A stretch of DNA of 32,000 bases from Desulfobulbus propionicus DSM 2032 (lineage in GTDB: Bacteria > Desulfobacterota > Desulfobulbia > Desulfobulbales > Desulfobulbaceae): positions 3,540,001-3,572,000 of the forward strand of contig NC_014972.1 in assembly GCF_000186885.1 (NCBI RefSeq). Direction: 5' to 3'. The notes beneath the pieces were generated by a model. The model was given only the letters and a program-made list of their open reading frames with translations, had not been told where the DNA came from and made no database searches. The position numbers and the translations under genes were made by a program. Positions 1 through 10,587 of the stretch are shown piece after piece (the stretch's first letter is position 1; each line of letters starts with the position of its first letter).

Positions 1-51
1 ACGGATGTGGAGTTCAGGCCTGGGGTGTTGTGTGGCTGCAATGCGTGGCAA

Positions 52-447
52 TCAGAACGGTACGTCGTCAGAGGGTGGTGGTTCCTGGCCGTCTTCCGGT
101 GGAACCGGAATATCGGTTCGTTCACCGCCGCCCAGCATCTTCATCTCACGGGCAATGATTTCCGTGGTGAAGCGGGTGACACCTTCTGCGTCTTGCCATT
201 TGCGGGTCTGTAAACGGCCCTCCAGGTAGACACGGGAGCCTTTCGAGAGGTACTCGGAGCAGATTTCGGCCAGGCGACCGAAGGCAACGATGCGATGCCA
301 TTCGGTCGATTCCTGCGCCTTACCTTCGTTATCCTTCCACCGTTCGGTGGTGGCGATGCGGAAGGTGGCCACTGCGACCTGGGTCTTGGTGTAACAGGTG
401 TCAACGTCTGCGCCTAAATTGCCGATCAGCATGGTCTTGTTCAACAT
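52..447 (-). CDS. ssb: Single-stranded DNA-binding protein (131 aa)
   Basis: The last 131 aa of ORF 52..789 (MLNKTMLIGNLGADV...WHRIVAFGRLAE...VYLEGRLQTRKW) read as an SSB OB-fold. A Gly/Pro-rich linker and an acidic tail ending DDVPF follow. The internal ATG at 445-447 has AAGGAG 7 nt upstream (revcomp of 455-460). The 114 upstream codons of the ORF are Arg/Ser/Trp-rich and look non-coding. Confidence 0.9.
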   Translation of the reverse strand: MLNKTMLIGNLGADVDTCYTKTQVAVATFRIATTERWKDNEGKAQESTEWHRIVAFGRLAEICSEYLSKGSRVYLEGRLQTRKWQDAEGVTRFTTEIIAREMKMLGGGERTDIPVPPEDGQEPPPSDDVPF

Positions 448-526
448 GAGGGTTCTCCTTGAAGAATGAGAGGGTAGCTCTCCCCACCATGGGAAGAGAT
501 TTGGGTGCGATTTGGGAAACCTGAGT

Positions 527-1498
527 TCAAGCGGCTTTCTTGACCTCCAGGAAGGCGTAGGAGCTGCTCTTCTGGAAATCATTGAGCGAGTGGCCGTAGC
601 CTTGGAGGAACTGGTTGAGCTGGTCCGCATCCAGTGACTTCCTGGTGCGAACCGCCTTACGCAGCAGATGGCCGCAAGTCTTGAGCGGACCGCGTTGGGC
701 CACGATGGCCAGCAGATTGCTCTTGCGGTAATTGACCTCGGCCTCCAGATCTTTTTGCTGGTGCTGTAATTCCAGGAGGACTTCGACACTCTCGGTCAGC
801 TCGCGCACCTCTTCAGCCTCGAACTTGGGGCAGTCCAGGAGGAAGGGGCAGTAGCCGCAGAGCGGTCCTACCTCCATGGAGGGGGTAGCCAAATCACCTG
901 CACTGTAGGCTTGGTATTGGTTCCAGATGGTAGCGGCCCGGTCGATCAGGCCGTGATAGATGGTGTCCTGGGGCGTGTAGCCGCCAAAGAGTCGCATTCC
1001 CTGATCACCGAAGTTGACTGCCAGGATGGCGCCTTTCTCCACGGTGTAGTCGGGGAAGCTGTCGGCCAGCAGTCCCATTTGCAGATAGAGTTGGGTCTCC
1101 CAAGCGCCGTAGGGGTGTTCCGGGATGTTCTCCGGTGCTTTCACCTCCAGGACCGCCATGGTCTTGCGCACTTCCGAGATGAAGACAAAATCGAGATGGG
1201 CCATGACCGGGACAGCGCCCGCATGACGAACCTCGGTTTGTCGCTGGAAGTTGCTGAAACCAGCGATCATGAAGGCAGCGGCAACCACTTCCTCGGCCAT
1301 GTGACCGCGCCGCTGCCGCAGCAGGGTAACCAGGTCGGCCTCCGGGGCATGGAGTTTTCTGAGAATGGTTTTGCGTGGGCAGGCGCCGATGTCGGAAGCC
1401 CCGAGATAGGTACTCCGATCACCGAGTGTTGCCTCGGTCTGTTGGATGGCAAGCTGCTGGAGAGCGGCCTGCAGGGTGAGCATTAACTGATCTGACAT
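527..1498 (-). CDS. PD-(D/E)XK (Cas4/RecB-like) exonuclease with 4-Cys Fe-S signature and a C-terminal coiled-coil extension (323 aa)
   Basis: A nuclease motif is present: D in AHLDFVF followed by LEVK (ExK). The Cys pattern is GACPRK near the N-terminus plus CGYCPFLLDC (C-x2-C-x5-C), as in the Cas4/AddB cluster. The start is taken at MSDQLM (ATG 1496-1498) with AGGAGG upstream. The last ~100 aa (EVLLELQHQQKDLEAEVNYRK...) extend beyond the nuclease core. Confidence 0.75.
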   Translation of the reverse strand: MSDQLMLTLQAALQQLAIQQTEATLGDRSTYLGASDIGACPRKTILRKLHAPEADLVTLLRQRRGHMAEEVVAAAFMIAGFSNFQRQTEVRHAGAVPVMAHLDFVFISEVRKTMAVLEVKAPENIPEHPYGAWETQLYLQMGLLADSFPDYTVEKGAILAVNFGDQGMRLFGGYTPQDTIYHGLIDRAATIWNQYQAYSAGDLATPSMEVGPLCGYCPFLLDCPKFEAEEVRELTESVEVLLELQHQQKDLEAEVNYRKSNLLAIVAQRGPLKTCGHLLRKAVRTRKSLDADQLNQFLQGYGHSLNDFQKSSSYAFLEVKKAA

Positions 1499-1591
1499 GG
1501 TTGGATCCTCCTGAAAAAATGAGGGAGGATACACGGATTCCCGCCGAGGGAATGGTATCGCTCCCTCTGGGGCTGGGTGATGTTGTGGTGA

Positions 1592-2284
1592 TTAAGCTGC
1601 TTGCTTCATCCAGGTTTTTCCGGTCTTATCCCATTGAAAGCCTGCGGCCTTGAGCAGTTCCTTCTTGTCGAAGAGATGGTCGCCGATGGCGATGATCACC
1701 CCTTGACGATGCTCGAAGCTGACGCCGGCGATCCTAGGCAGGGTTGCCGAGGGATCGCTTTGATTGGCAGGTGGTTCAGTGGGTTGGCTTCTGGATGCAG
1801 GTTTGGTTTTCGGTTGAGGGTTGGATTGCGTTGCGGGTGGCGAAGTTCGTTGCGTTCCCTGAAGGAAGACGTTCTTCAACAGGCCCTTGTAGGCATCGCT
1901 GCCGATGGACAACAGTGACATGCATTTCTGAATAGCATCGGTGATCGCCCCTTTCTGGGCATCGCCGACATTGCCTTTGACGATCTGCATCTGTCCCTTG
2001 TGCGAGCCCTTGCACATCCAGTCACCGTCGATTTTCACAAACAATCGAACTTCAGCGACCGCCTGGGTCTCAAAAATCTCCTCCTTGGTCAGTTCGTACC
2101 GCCAGTTCTCCGGACCGAGCACCTCATTGACGCTGTCAAAGACGTACTGCGGCCGAAAACCGTACTTGATCTGACCGATCACGTTACCGCCCTTGTCGGT
2201 CATCTTGATTTCCTGAATCGCCTCGATGCCGAATGTTCGCAAGCGTTCGTTGATCGACTGGATCTGTTCCTGCAATGGTGCCAT
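1592..2284 (-). CDS. Rad52/Rad22-family single-strand annealing protein (230 aa)
   Basis: The N-terminal ~130 aa include GNVGDAQKGAITDAIQKCMSLLSIG, a Rad52/Sak-type annealase signature. A Pro/Gln/Ser-rich linker and a small C-terminal domain follow. AAGGAG lies 8 nt upstream of ATG 2282-2284. The gene sits in a phage-like trio with the exonuclease and SSB. Confidence 0.7.
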   Translation of the reverse strand: MAPLQEQIQSINERLRTFGIEAIQEIKMTDKGGNVIGQIKYGFRPQYVFDSVNEVLGPENWRYELTKEEIFETQAVAEVRLFVKIDGDWMCKGSHKGQMQIVKGNVGDAQKGAITDAIQKCMSLLSIGSDAYKGLLKNVFLQGTQRTSPPATQSNPQPKTKPASRSQPTEPPANQSDPSATLPRIAGVSFEHRQGVIIAIGDHLFDKKELLKAAGFQWDKTGKTWMKQAA

Positions 2285-2840
2285 GGTGTTGCCTCCTTAT
2301 GAGTATGGGGGAGCAAGACGTCATGGCTCCGCCGGGAGCATGACGTAACAGCTCCCGATGGATGAGTGGGGTGGGGTATGTATTGAAAGAAACGATAGGA
2401 TCAGTCATTCCGAGAACGCGCAAAGAGAATGCGGGTGCGAAAAGACAGGGAAAAAGCTATCGATTCAACGGAGAAAAGAGAATGAGGGGAACGAATCGAG
2501 CGATTCGTTTGCAGGGGGGCTTGCGCGACTCTTCCAGGTCAAAGAAAAACGTTCGCCTCTGCGATTAAACGTCTTTGGTCGAGGAAAGGCAGCGCTGCGT
2601 ACTACTGGAGTTCAAGAACACGAAAATCGTGTTCAGCTAAGCCCTGGAAAGGGGTATCTCATTGGAAATGAGCCAAAATTTCTTATAAAAAACTTCTATA
2701 CTCATAAATATTACTCCGGCGATTAAACAACTAAATCGTTCTGGTGAACAATACGATAACCATCGTAAAAACAGTAAATTAACCGGATGGGCTTTCAAAT
2801 ATTTCACTGTTTAGTCACCGGAGCAATAGCAAGACGAATA

Positions 2841-2890
2841 TTTAGAAAAAGTTGAATATATGGACATTGGCACCAAACGATACAATGTCC
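2841..2890 (-). terminator. Candidate intrinsic terminator after the OM beta-barrel gene
   Basis: On the minus strand an 8-bp stem GGACAUUG/CAAUGUCC (2862-2869 / 2883-2890) encloses a 13-nt loop. The tail AUAUAUUCAACUUUUUCUAAA follows. The element starts 20 nt after the stop at 2910. The stem is short and the loop large, so confidence is modest. Confidence 0.4.
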
Positions 2891-2909
2891 ACATATTCAG
2901 CCAGTTCCA

Positions 2910-3785
2910 TCAAAACGCAAATTTGACGGCAGTGATCAAGGTGGTAGTTTTATCGGTATTTTCACCCCACAGGCCCTGCTGGACACCAACATTCACCCGT
3001 AACGTGTCGTTGATCGGCATGATCAGTCCGGCGGTCACCGCAAGCACTTGTGCATCGTTCTCGTCAGAAAGCGCATCGTGGCCATAATTCAGTTCCACCT
3101 CCGGTTGCAGCCAGGGCAGCATCTGATAGCCCAGCGCCAAGTCTGCGTTGAACGTACCCCTGGCATTTTCCCGCTTGCAGCCGATGGGCAGGACAAAACC
3201 GATATCGCCGTTGAGGGTCCATTTCCCCAAATCCTTGGTCGCGACCAGGGTCTGGTTGAAGCTCCAATATTCCTGACTGGTACCGATCTCGCTCTGATCC
3301 GAACTGTTGCCGGTCGGGAGGGTCATTCCGGCGATATAGGCGATCTCCAAGTGCTGCTCCTCGTTGCTATAAAAACGGTAGCGGCCGCTCACCTCCAGGT
3401 CGGTGAAGTCTTCGCCCCGAAAAGGACCGGTCAGCCCACCGTCGCCGTCGAAATCGTTGTCGTTGTCCTTGATCCAACTGTACCCCCCATTTATGTTGAT
3501 ATCGACGTTATCGACCACACCGGCGGTGAACGAGAGGCCGAGGTTGTGTTCCCGATAAAGCCCTCGGCCATGAGCATGGCCACCGGCATCCCAGAATCGC
3601 TCGGAGCGGGTTGTCGCAAAAGAGGGTTCCAGTTCGAAGTGACCTGGATCGACAGGCGAGGCGTCGGCGGTGTTGATCTTGCCGTGCTCAACACTGATTT
3701 CGTCAGCATCGGATTGTGCCGCCTGCACTGCTTGGGCAAACCCCAGCAGGCAGGCCAAGGCGACTGTGATTGTTGGTTGCGACAT
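2910..3785 (-). CDS. Secreted outer-membrane beta-barrel protein (291 aa), possibly of the MetA-pathway/'transporter' porin-like family
   Basis: A signal peptide is present (MSQPTITVALACLLGFAQAVQA). The body shows alternating amphipathic beta-strand patterning and is Gly/Asn/Asp-rich. The C-terminus VKFAF ends in an aromatic residue, as is typical of OM barrels. AAGGAG lies upstream of ATG 3783-3785. The family assignment is tentative. Confidence 0.75.
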   Translation of the reverse strand: MSQPTITVALACLLGFAQAVQAAQSDADEISVEHGKINTADASPVDPGHFELEPSFATTRSERFWDAGGHAHGRGLYREHNLGLSFTAGVVDNVDININGGYSWIKDNDNDFDGDGGLTGPFRGEDFTDLEVSGRYRFYSNEEQHLEIAYIAGMTLPTGNSSDQSEIGTSQEYWSFNQTLVATKDLGKWTLNGDIGFVLPIGCKRENARGTFNADLALGYQMLPWLQPEVELNYGHDALSDENDAQVLAVTAGLIMPINDTLRVNVGVQQGLWGENTDKTTTLITAVKFAF

Positions 3786-3919
3786 ATTGACTCCTTGTTA
3801 TCTTAGCGTATTTGTACAGAAGTGTTGATTCCGGCGCCTTGCTGGAACACAAATCTTTCATTGTTCATTATGGCCAACTAATTTTCTCCTTTTAGGCTTG
3901 TTAGATGCTATAAGTCTTA

Positions 3920-4114
3920 TTACTGAAGAATATCATTAGACGGATGCGTCAGGAGAGACGTCTGGGCTTCAACACTGTCCATGGAGGCTTCGATGGCGGC
4001 ATAGAGCAGGTCAACAGTCAGGTCATTGGGGTGTCTCTGGAGACGAGTTGCAAGATATATCAAATTTTCCAGAGTTTTTCCGGATAGCTCAAGGGTAATA
4101 TGTGCTGTTTTCAT
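3920..4114 (-). CDS. Small ribbon-helix-helix (CopG/Arc-like) protein, 64 aa, hypothetical
   Basis: From the internal ATG (4112-4114, GGGGGAA upstream) the sequence reads MKTAHITLELSGKTLENLIYLATRLQRHPNDLTVDLLYAAIEA. This fits a beta-strand/helix/helix RHH pattern. No partner toxin ORF is visible. Confidence 0.4.
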   Translation of the reverse strand: MKTAHITLELSGKTLENLIYLATRLQRHPNDLTVDLLYAAIEASMDSVEAQTSLLTHPSNDILQ

Positions 4115-4253
4115 TCTATGTTCCCCCTTGCACTCTCTTGCAAGATATGAGATTCTATCGACCGTCATGGTACAATGGCTCAGTTTTTTGCTAAAAGACC
4201 CTTGTCGTCCAGCTGCAAGCTACTACTTCCCCTGATAACTGATAGAATGGGTC

Positions 4254-4364
4254 CCTGGTAACTTTTTCCGGCCTTATATTGAAGTGGCGTTCTGTCGGCA
4301 AACGGAGCGCCCGGAGTGACATGGCAACCGGATACAATCCTTGGGCACGGAAAAAGTTACCGGG
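4254..4364. repeat. Long-range inverted repeat forming an extended hairpin (17-bp stem, ~77-nt interior)
   Basis: GGTAACTTTTTCCG (4257-4270) pairs perfectly with CGGAAAAAGTTACC (4348-4361). The stem extends by 3 more pairs (one G-U). The interior can form a further helix (GCGTTC...GAGCGC). The element lies 40 nt downstream of the meaB stop and has no adjacent U-tract. Confidence 0.6.
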
Positions 4365-4403
4365 ACTTCATTCGATTCGTAGCTCACTGTTTGTCCACAG
4401 TCA

Positions 4404-5543
4404 TTAGGATTTACATTCAAACACGGCAATCAATTGCTGCACCGCCGCCACCGCCGGCAGGGAACCGCCTGCCACACTGCGCTCGATGTCCTTGATGATC
4501 CGGTTCACCCCCGGGTGCTTGGCAAAGAGCGAGCGCAGGTGGTCATCGACCATGTCGTGCACCCACTTGATGCTTTGCTCCCGACGATGCCGCTCAAACA
4601 CGCCGGATTTGCTCGTAATCTCGCGGTATTTGCCGATCACCTTCCAGATTGCATCGATGCCCTCGTTGGCCATGGCCGAACAGGTGTAGGCGTGCGAGAT
4701 CCAGCCCTCGGTGGAGGGTTGCAGGTAATGCAGGGCGCGTTCATATTCCGCCCGTGCCGTTTCGGCGATCAGCTTGTTCTTGCCGTCGGCCTTGTTGATC
4801 ACCAGGGCGTCGGCCAGTTCCATGATGCCCTTCTTGATCCCTTGGAGTTCATCACCGGCTCCGGCCAGCATCAAGAGTAGAAAAAAATCGACCATGGAAC
4901 GCACCGTGGTCTCGCTCTGGCCCACGCCCACGGTCTCGATCAGCACCACGTCAAAACCCGCCGCCTCGCAAACCAGCATGGTCTCGCGGGTCTTGCGCGC
5001 CACCCCGCCCAGGGTGGACCCGGCGGGCGAAGGGCGAATGAAGCAGCGCTCGTCCCGGCTCAACCGCTCCATGCGGGTCTTGTCGCCGAGGATCGAGCCG
5101 CCGGAGATGGAGCTGGACGGATCCACCGCCAGGACCGCCACCTTATGGCCCTGCTCGATCAGATGGCAGCCAAAGGTTTCGATAAAGGTGGACTTGCCCA
5201 CCCCCGGCACGCCGGTGATGCCCACCCGGATGGAGTTGCCGGTGAACGGCAGGAGGATTTTCAGCACTTCCTGCGCTTTTTCGATATGCTGGGCCGCATT
5301 GGATTCCACCAGGGTGATGGCACGGCCCAGCACGGCCCTATCTCCCTGGCGCACACCGTCGGCGTATTCCTGGGCACTCAGTTGCGGCCGGCGGTGACGG
5401 ACGGCGGGTTTGACCACCTGTTCCGTGCCCTTGTAGCTGCTGATACCGTCATGTCCGGCTTCCACCCCATCCATCACCCGGCAGGCAAAGCCCTCGCAGT
5501 TACCCTCCGGTGCCCATTCCGGCATTTTGGTGTTCAATGTCAT
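4404..5543 (-). CDS. meaB: Methylmalonyl-CoA mutase-associated G-protein chaperone MeaB/ArgK (379 aa)
   Basis: A P-loop GVPGVGKST is present, together with DRAVLGRAITLVES, VLAVDPSSSISGGSILGDKTRM and INKADG (NKxD). The gene lies immediately downstream of mutAB. AGGAGG lies upstream of ATG 5541-5543. Confidence 0.9.
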   Translation of the reverse strand: MTLNTKMPEWAPEGNCEGFACRVMDGVEAGHDGISSYKGTEQVVKPAVRHRRPQLSAQEYADGVRQGDRAVLGRAITLVESNAAQHIEKAQEVLKILLPFTGNSIRVGITGVPGVGKSTFIETFGCHLIEQGHKVAVLAVDPSSSISGGSILGDKTRMERLSRDERCFIRPSPAGSTLGGVARKTRETMLVCEAAGFDVVLIETVGVGQSETTVRSMVDFFLLLMLAGAGDELQGIKKGIMELADALVINKADGKNKLIAETARAEYERALHYLQPSTEGWISHAYTCSAMANEGIDAIWKVIGKYREITSKSGVFERHRREQSIKWVHDMVDDHLRSLFAKHPGVNRIIKDIERSVAGGSLPAVAAVQQLIAVFECKS

Positions 5544-5625
5544 TGCTCCTCCTGTGCAAAGGGTTGAAGAAGGGGCATCCCCGCACGGTGCAGCGCAAGG
5601 GTGCCCCTTGAGGGATGCGCCTTCC

Positions 5626-7802
<2,177 letters not shown>

Positions 7803-7806
<4 letters not shown>

Positions 7807-9938
7807 GCGATCACCTCCAGGTGTTGTTGCAGTTTGGTGAGCAGTTCCAGGGCATTGACGCGGACGTGCAGGAACTCGTCCACCCCGGCCTCCTTGAAGG
7901 CATCGACAAGGTCTTTGGGAAAACCAGCGAGGATGATCATCATGCCGGGATCAGCGGCCTTGAGCTCCTGGGCTAATGGAGGAACAATCTCCGGGTAAGT
8001 GGCATCGGTGGAGCAGATGACCACCGCCTTGGCTCCGGAGGCCAGCGTCGCCTGGACGGCTTCGTCCACGGTGGCGAACCCGTTGTTGCCGATGGTCTCA
8101 AAGGCACCGACATTGAAAAAGGCGGTGGAGAAATCGGCCCGGGCCTTGTGCTGGGGGATGGGTCCCATGTTGGCAAGGAACAGTTTGGGAGTGGCACCGG
8201 TGCGGGCGGTAAAGGCCTCGGTGGCCCGGCGGATCTTCTCAAAGGGCTCGGCGCCGCGATGGATGTTGAGCGGGGTGATAGCAATCTCCCGGCTATCGCC
8301 CTGCAAGGCTCCGGCCACCATGCCCAGGGTGGCCCCCTGGCGGAAGGCGGCAATGGCCCGGGCCATCAGTTCGCCATCGAGAGTGGAAAGTCGATCGCGC
8401 AACGCGGCCAGCGCCGCGCCGCAGGCCTGGCTGTCAACGGTCCCGGCATGGGCCTTGACCGCCTGGATGCGTTTGTCTTGGAATCCCCGGTGGTCGAAGG
8501 GCTCGGCCTCCAGCCGTTTTTCCGCGAGGTTGGGGTACATGTTGGTGCCGACGAAACGGTCGGTGCGGGTGGCGACGTTCTTGGCCCGCTGGGCGGCGGT
8601 CTGGGCCACGGCTCCCTGGGGCATGCCCTGCTCAAGGGCCGCCAGCATGCCGCCGGCCGCCTCGATATCCTGGAACAGCTTCCAGGCTTTTTCCGCCAAC
8701 TGGGCAGTGATTTTCTCCACATACCAGCAACCGCCGGCCGGATCGACCACCTTGTCGAAATGGCCTTCTTCCTTGAGCACGATGTGGACATTGCGGGCGA
8801 TACGGCGGGAAAACTCGTTGGGGGTGCGGAAGATCTCATCAAAGGGGCTGACGTGCATGCTATCGACACCGCCGGCAATACCGGAGAAGGCCTCGGTGGA
8901 GACGCGCAGCATGTTGACCCAGGGATCGACCTCGGTCTTGTTCCAGGTGGCGGTGCGGGCATGGATAACCATTTTCTGCGCCTCAACATCGCCGTCAAAG
9001 GAGGCGACCACCTGCGACCAGGCCAGGCGTGCGGCGCGGAACTTGGCAATCTCCATGAAGAAGTCATTGCCGATGGCAAACTCAAAACTCATCCGCGCGG
9101 CGATGTCGTTGATGGCCAGTCCACGCTCCTGCAGAGCGCGGATATAGGCCACACCGGTTGCCAGGGCAAAGGCAATGTCCTGGACCGCGTTGCCGCCGCT
9201 GTTGCGGTACCCATCGGTGCCCACAGTGATGGTGCGCAGCTTGGGCGCATGGGCCATGGCCCAGCGGGTGAGTTGTGCCATGCGGTCATAGGCAGTGGCC
9301 AGGGAGGAGCTGAGTGTACCCTCCACCGCCAGTACGCCCAGGGGATCAACCACCAGCGATCCCTGGAGATCGGCCAGCGATTGCCCCTGTTCCTCAACCA
9401 GGGCGGCGATGAGGGCTGCAGGGGCAATCCCCAAAGGTCCACAGGTGAGACGACAGGGTTGGGCGGTCAGGTCGATCCCGGCGAAGGCGGCTTTGGCATC
9501 CGTCAAGCTGGAGAGCGACAACCCCTTTTTGCCGACCAAATCCGCCGGGGCCTGCTCAGGATCCAGGCCACGTAGGCTGGCGCAGTCGAGTACGATATTG
9601 AGGCTGTTCTGGCCACGACTGAGATCGTATTGCGCGGCCTGGTTGAACGCCTCGGCATCGGCCAGGGTGATCTCCTGGGCAATGTTCCAGGCATTGATCC
9701 TGTGGCCTGAAGCGCTCGTGCCGCGCATGTAGGGCGCCTCCCCCGGCAGGCTATCCACCTGGGGCAGGCCGTCAAGATCGTGGACAAAGTACATCGGCTG
9801 GATGTCGATACCTTCGTAACTTTTCTTGACCAGGGTCTTGTCAAAGGGTTTGCCCTTCAACTCCTTTTCCACCGCCGCCAGCCACTCGGCATGGGTATTG
9901 GCCGGAAAATCCTTGAGAATGTCCAATGCTGTTCCCAT
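7803..9938 (-). CDS. mutA: Methylmalonyl-CoA mutase small (beta) subunit (711 aa)
   Basis: The mutase fold is present ([34 protein letters not shown]) but the C-terminal domain lacks a DxHxxG His-ligand motif, as expected for MutA. The start is taken at MGTALDIL (ATG 9936-9938) with AAGGAG 7 nt upstream. The 25 codons upstream in the ORF track overlap the terminator. Confidence 0.85.
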
Positions 9939-9960
9939 TTTTACTCCTTGTTGCTTGGTT

Positions 9961-9993
9961 AACAAAAAACCCCCGGCCCTTTCGGACCAGGGG
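9961..9993 (-). terminator. Intrinsic terminator / expression platform of the proximal cobalamin riboswitch
   Basis: The minus-strand RNA reads CCCCUGGUCC-GAAA-GGGCCGGGGG (10 bp including two U-G pairs that only work on this strand), followed by UUUUUUGUU. The element ends 22 nt before the mutA RBS. Confidence 0.75.
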
Positions 9994-10091
9994 TTCCCCT
10001 GTCTCTGCACCATCGATGACGCGCAGGACTTGCGCCTGCACAGGTGCTGGGATCAACAACGGGAACCACGGCCGCTTACGCTGATCAAAAA

Positions 10092-10248
10092 ATCGGCAGG
10101 TCTTCTGGCTTTCGGATCAGCCTACTCTCCGCGTCTTCCCGATCAAATCGATCAGTGACATGCTACGGATTTCGTCCCCGATTACAGCGGCCGGACCGCA
10201 ACGGACTTGCACCGTTTTCCCTGTTAGGCCATAAAAAATGGCACCGAT
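10092..10248 (-). promoter_or_regulatory. Cobalamin riboswitch aptamer, proximal copy
   Basis: The minus-strand RNA reads AUCGGUGCC...ACAGGGAAAACGGUGCAAGUCCGUUGCGGUCCGGCCGCUGUAAUCGGGGACGAA...CACUGAUCG...GAUCGGGAAGACGCGG...AGCCAGAAGACCUGCCGAU. It carries the conserved core and the B12 box (AGCCAGAAGACCUGCC). It is closed by P1 AUCGGU/GCCGAU. Confidence 0.9.
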
Positions 10249-10330
10249 TTTTTTGTACAAACAATGAGTTAAAACTGTACCGCCTGACTACATCGGACCA
10301 ACATCTCCCCAATATTTTCCACGACAAAAC

Positions 10331-10375
10331 GGCAAAAAAAAAATCCCCGGATCAATATAAAATTGATCCGGGGAT
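10331..10375 (-). terminator. Intrinsic terminator of the distal cobalamin riboswitch
   Basis: A perfect 14-bp stem pairs ATCCCCGGATCAAT (10343-10356) with ATTGATCCGGGGAT (10362-10375) around a 5-nt loop. On the minus strand a run of 10 U follows (A10 at 10334-10343 on the + strand). Confidence 0.85.
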
Positions 10376-10438
10376 GCCCTGGTTTATCCACGTATCGGTG
10401 CCCTCCCTGGTCCAAGGGGAAAGCGCTAGTCATCTTTT

Positions 10439-10587
10439 CAGGCAGGTCTTCTGACTTCCGGATCAACCTACTTGCTGCGCCTTCCCAACCTTTTGGTCAG
10501 TGACATCATGCAGCGTTCGTCCCCGGATACAGCGGCGGGCCCGTCCCCGATTCTCACGGGGTTCCCTTTTCATCCTTGCGGAGCCTG
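10439..10587 (-). promoter_or_regulatory. Cobalamin riboswitch aptamer, distal copy
   Basis: The minus-strand RNA reads CAGGCUCCGCAAGGAUGAAAAGGGAACCCCGUGAGAAUCGGGGACGGGCCCGCCGCUGUAUCCGGGGACGAA...CACUGACC...GGUUGGGAAGGCGC...AGUCAGAAGACCUGCCUG. The conserved core, the B12 box and P1 CAGGC/GCCUG are all present. Confidence 0.9.

Noticed and set aside
448-789. 114-codon N-terminal extension of the ssb ORF (245-aa version)
   Set aside because: The extension is Arg/Ser/Trp-rich, overlaps the 3' end of the exonuclease gene in another frame, and precedes an internal ATG with a perfect AAGGAG at SSB's natural N-terminus.
2358-2726. 122-aa plus-strand ORF in the AT-rich spacer
   Set aside because: Its composition is odd (Arg/Lys/Glu/Gly-rich). 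It runs across three DNA palindromes, has no RBS, and I recognise no family.
7999-9575. 382-aa and 475-aa plus-strand ORFs antisense to mutA
   Set aside because: These are shadow ORFs in GC-rich coding DNA. The opposite-strand product is a recognisable mutase subunit. The translations are Ala/Arg/Ser/Gly-rich with no domain features.
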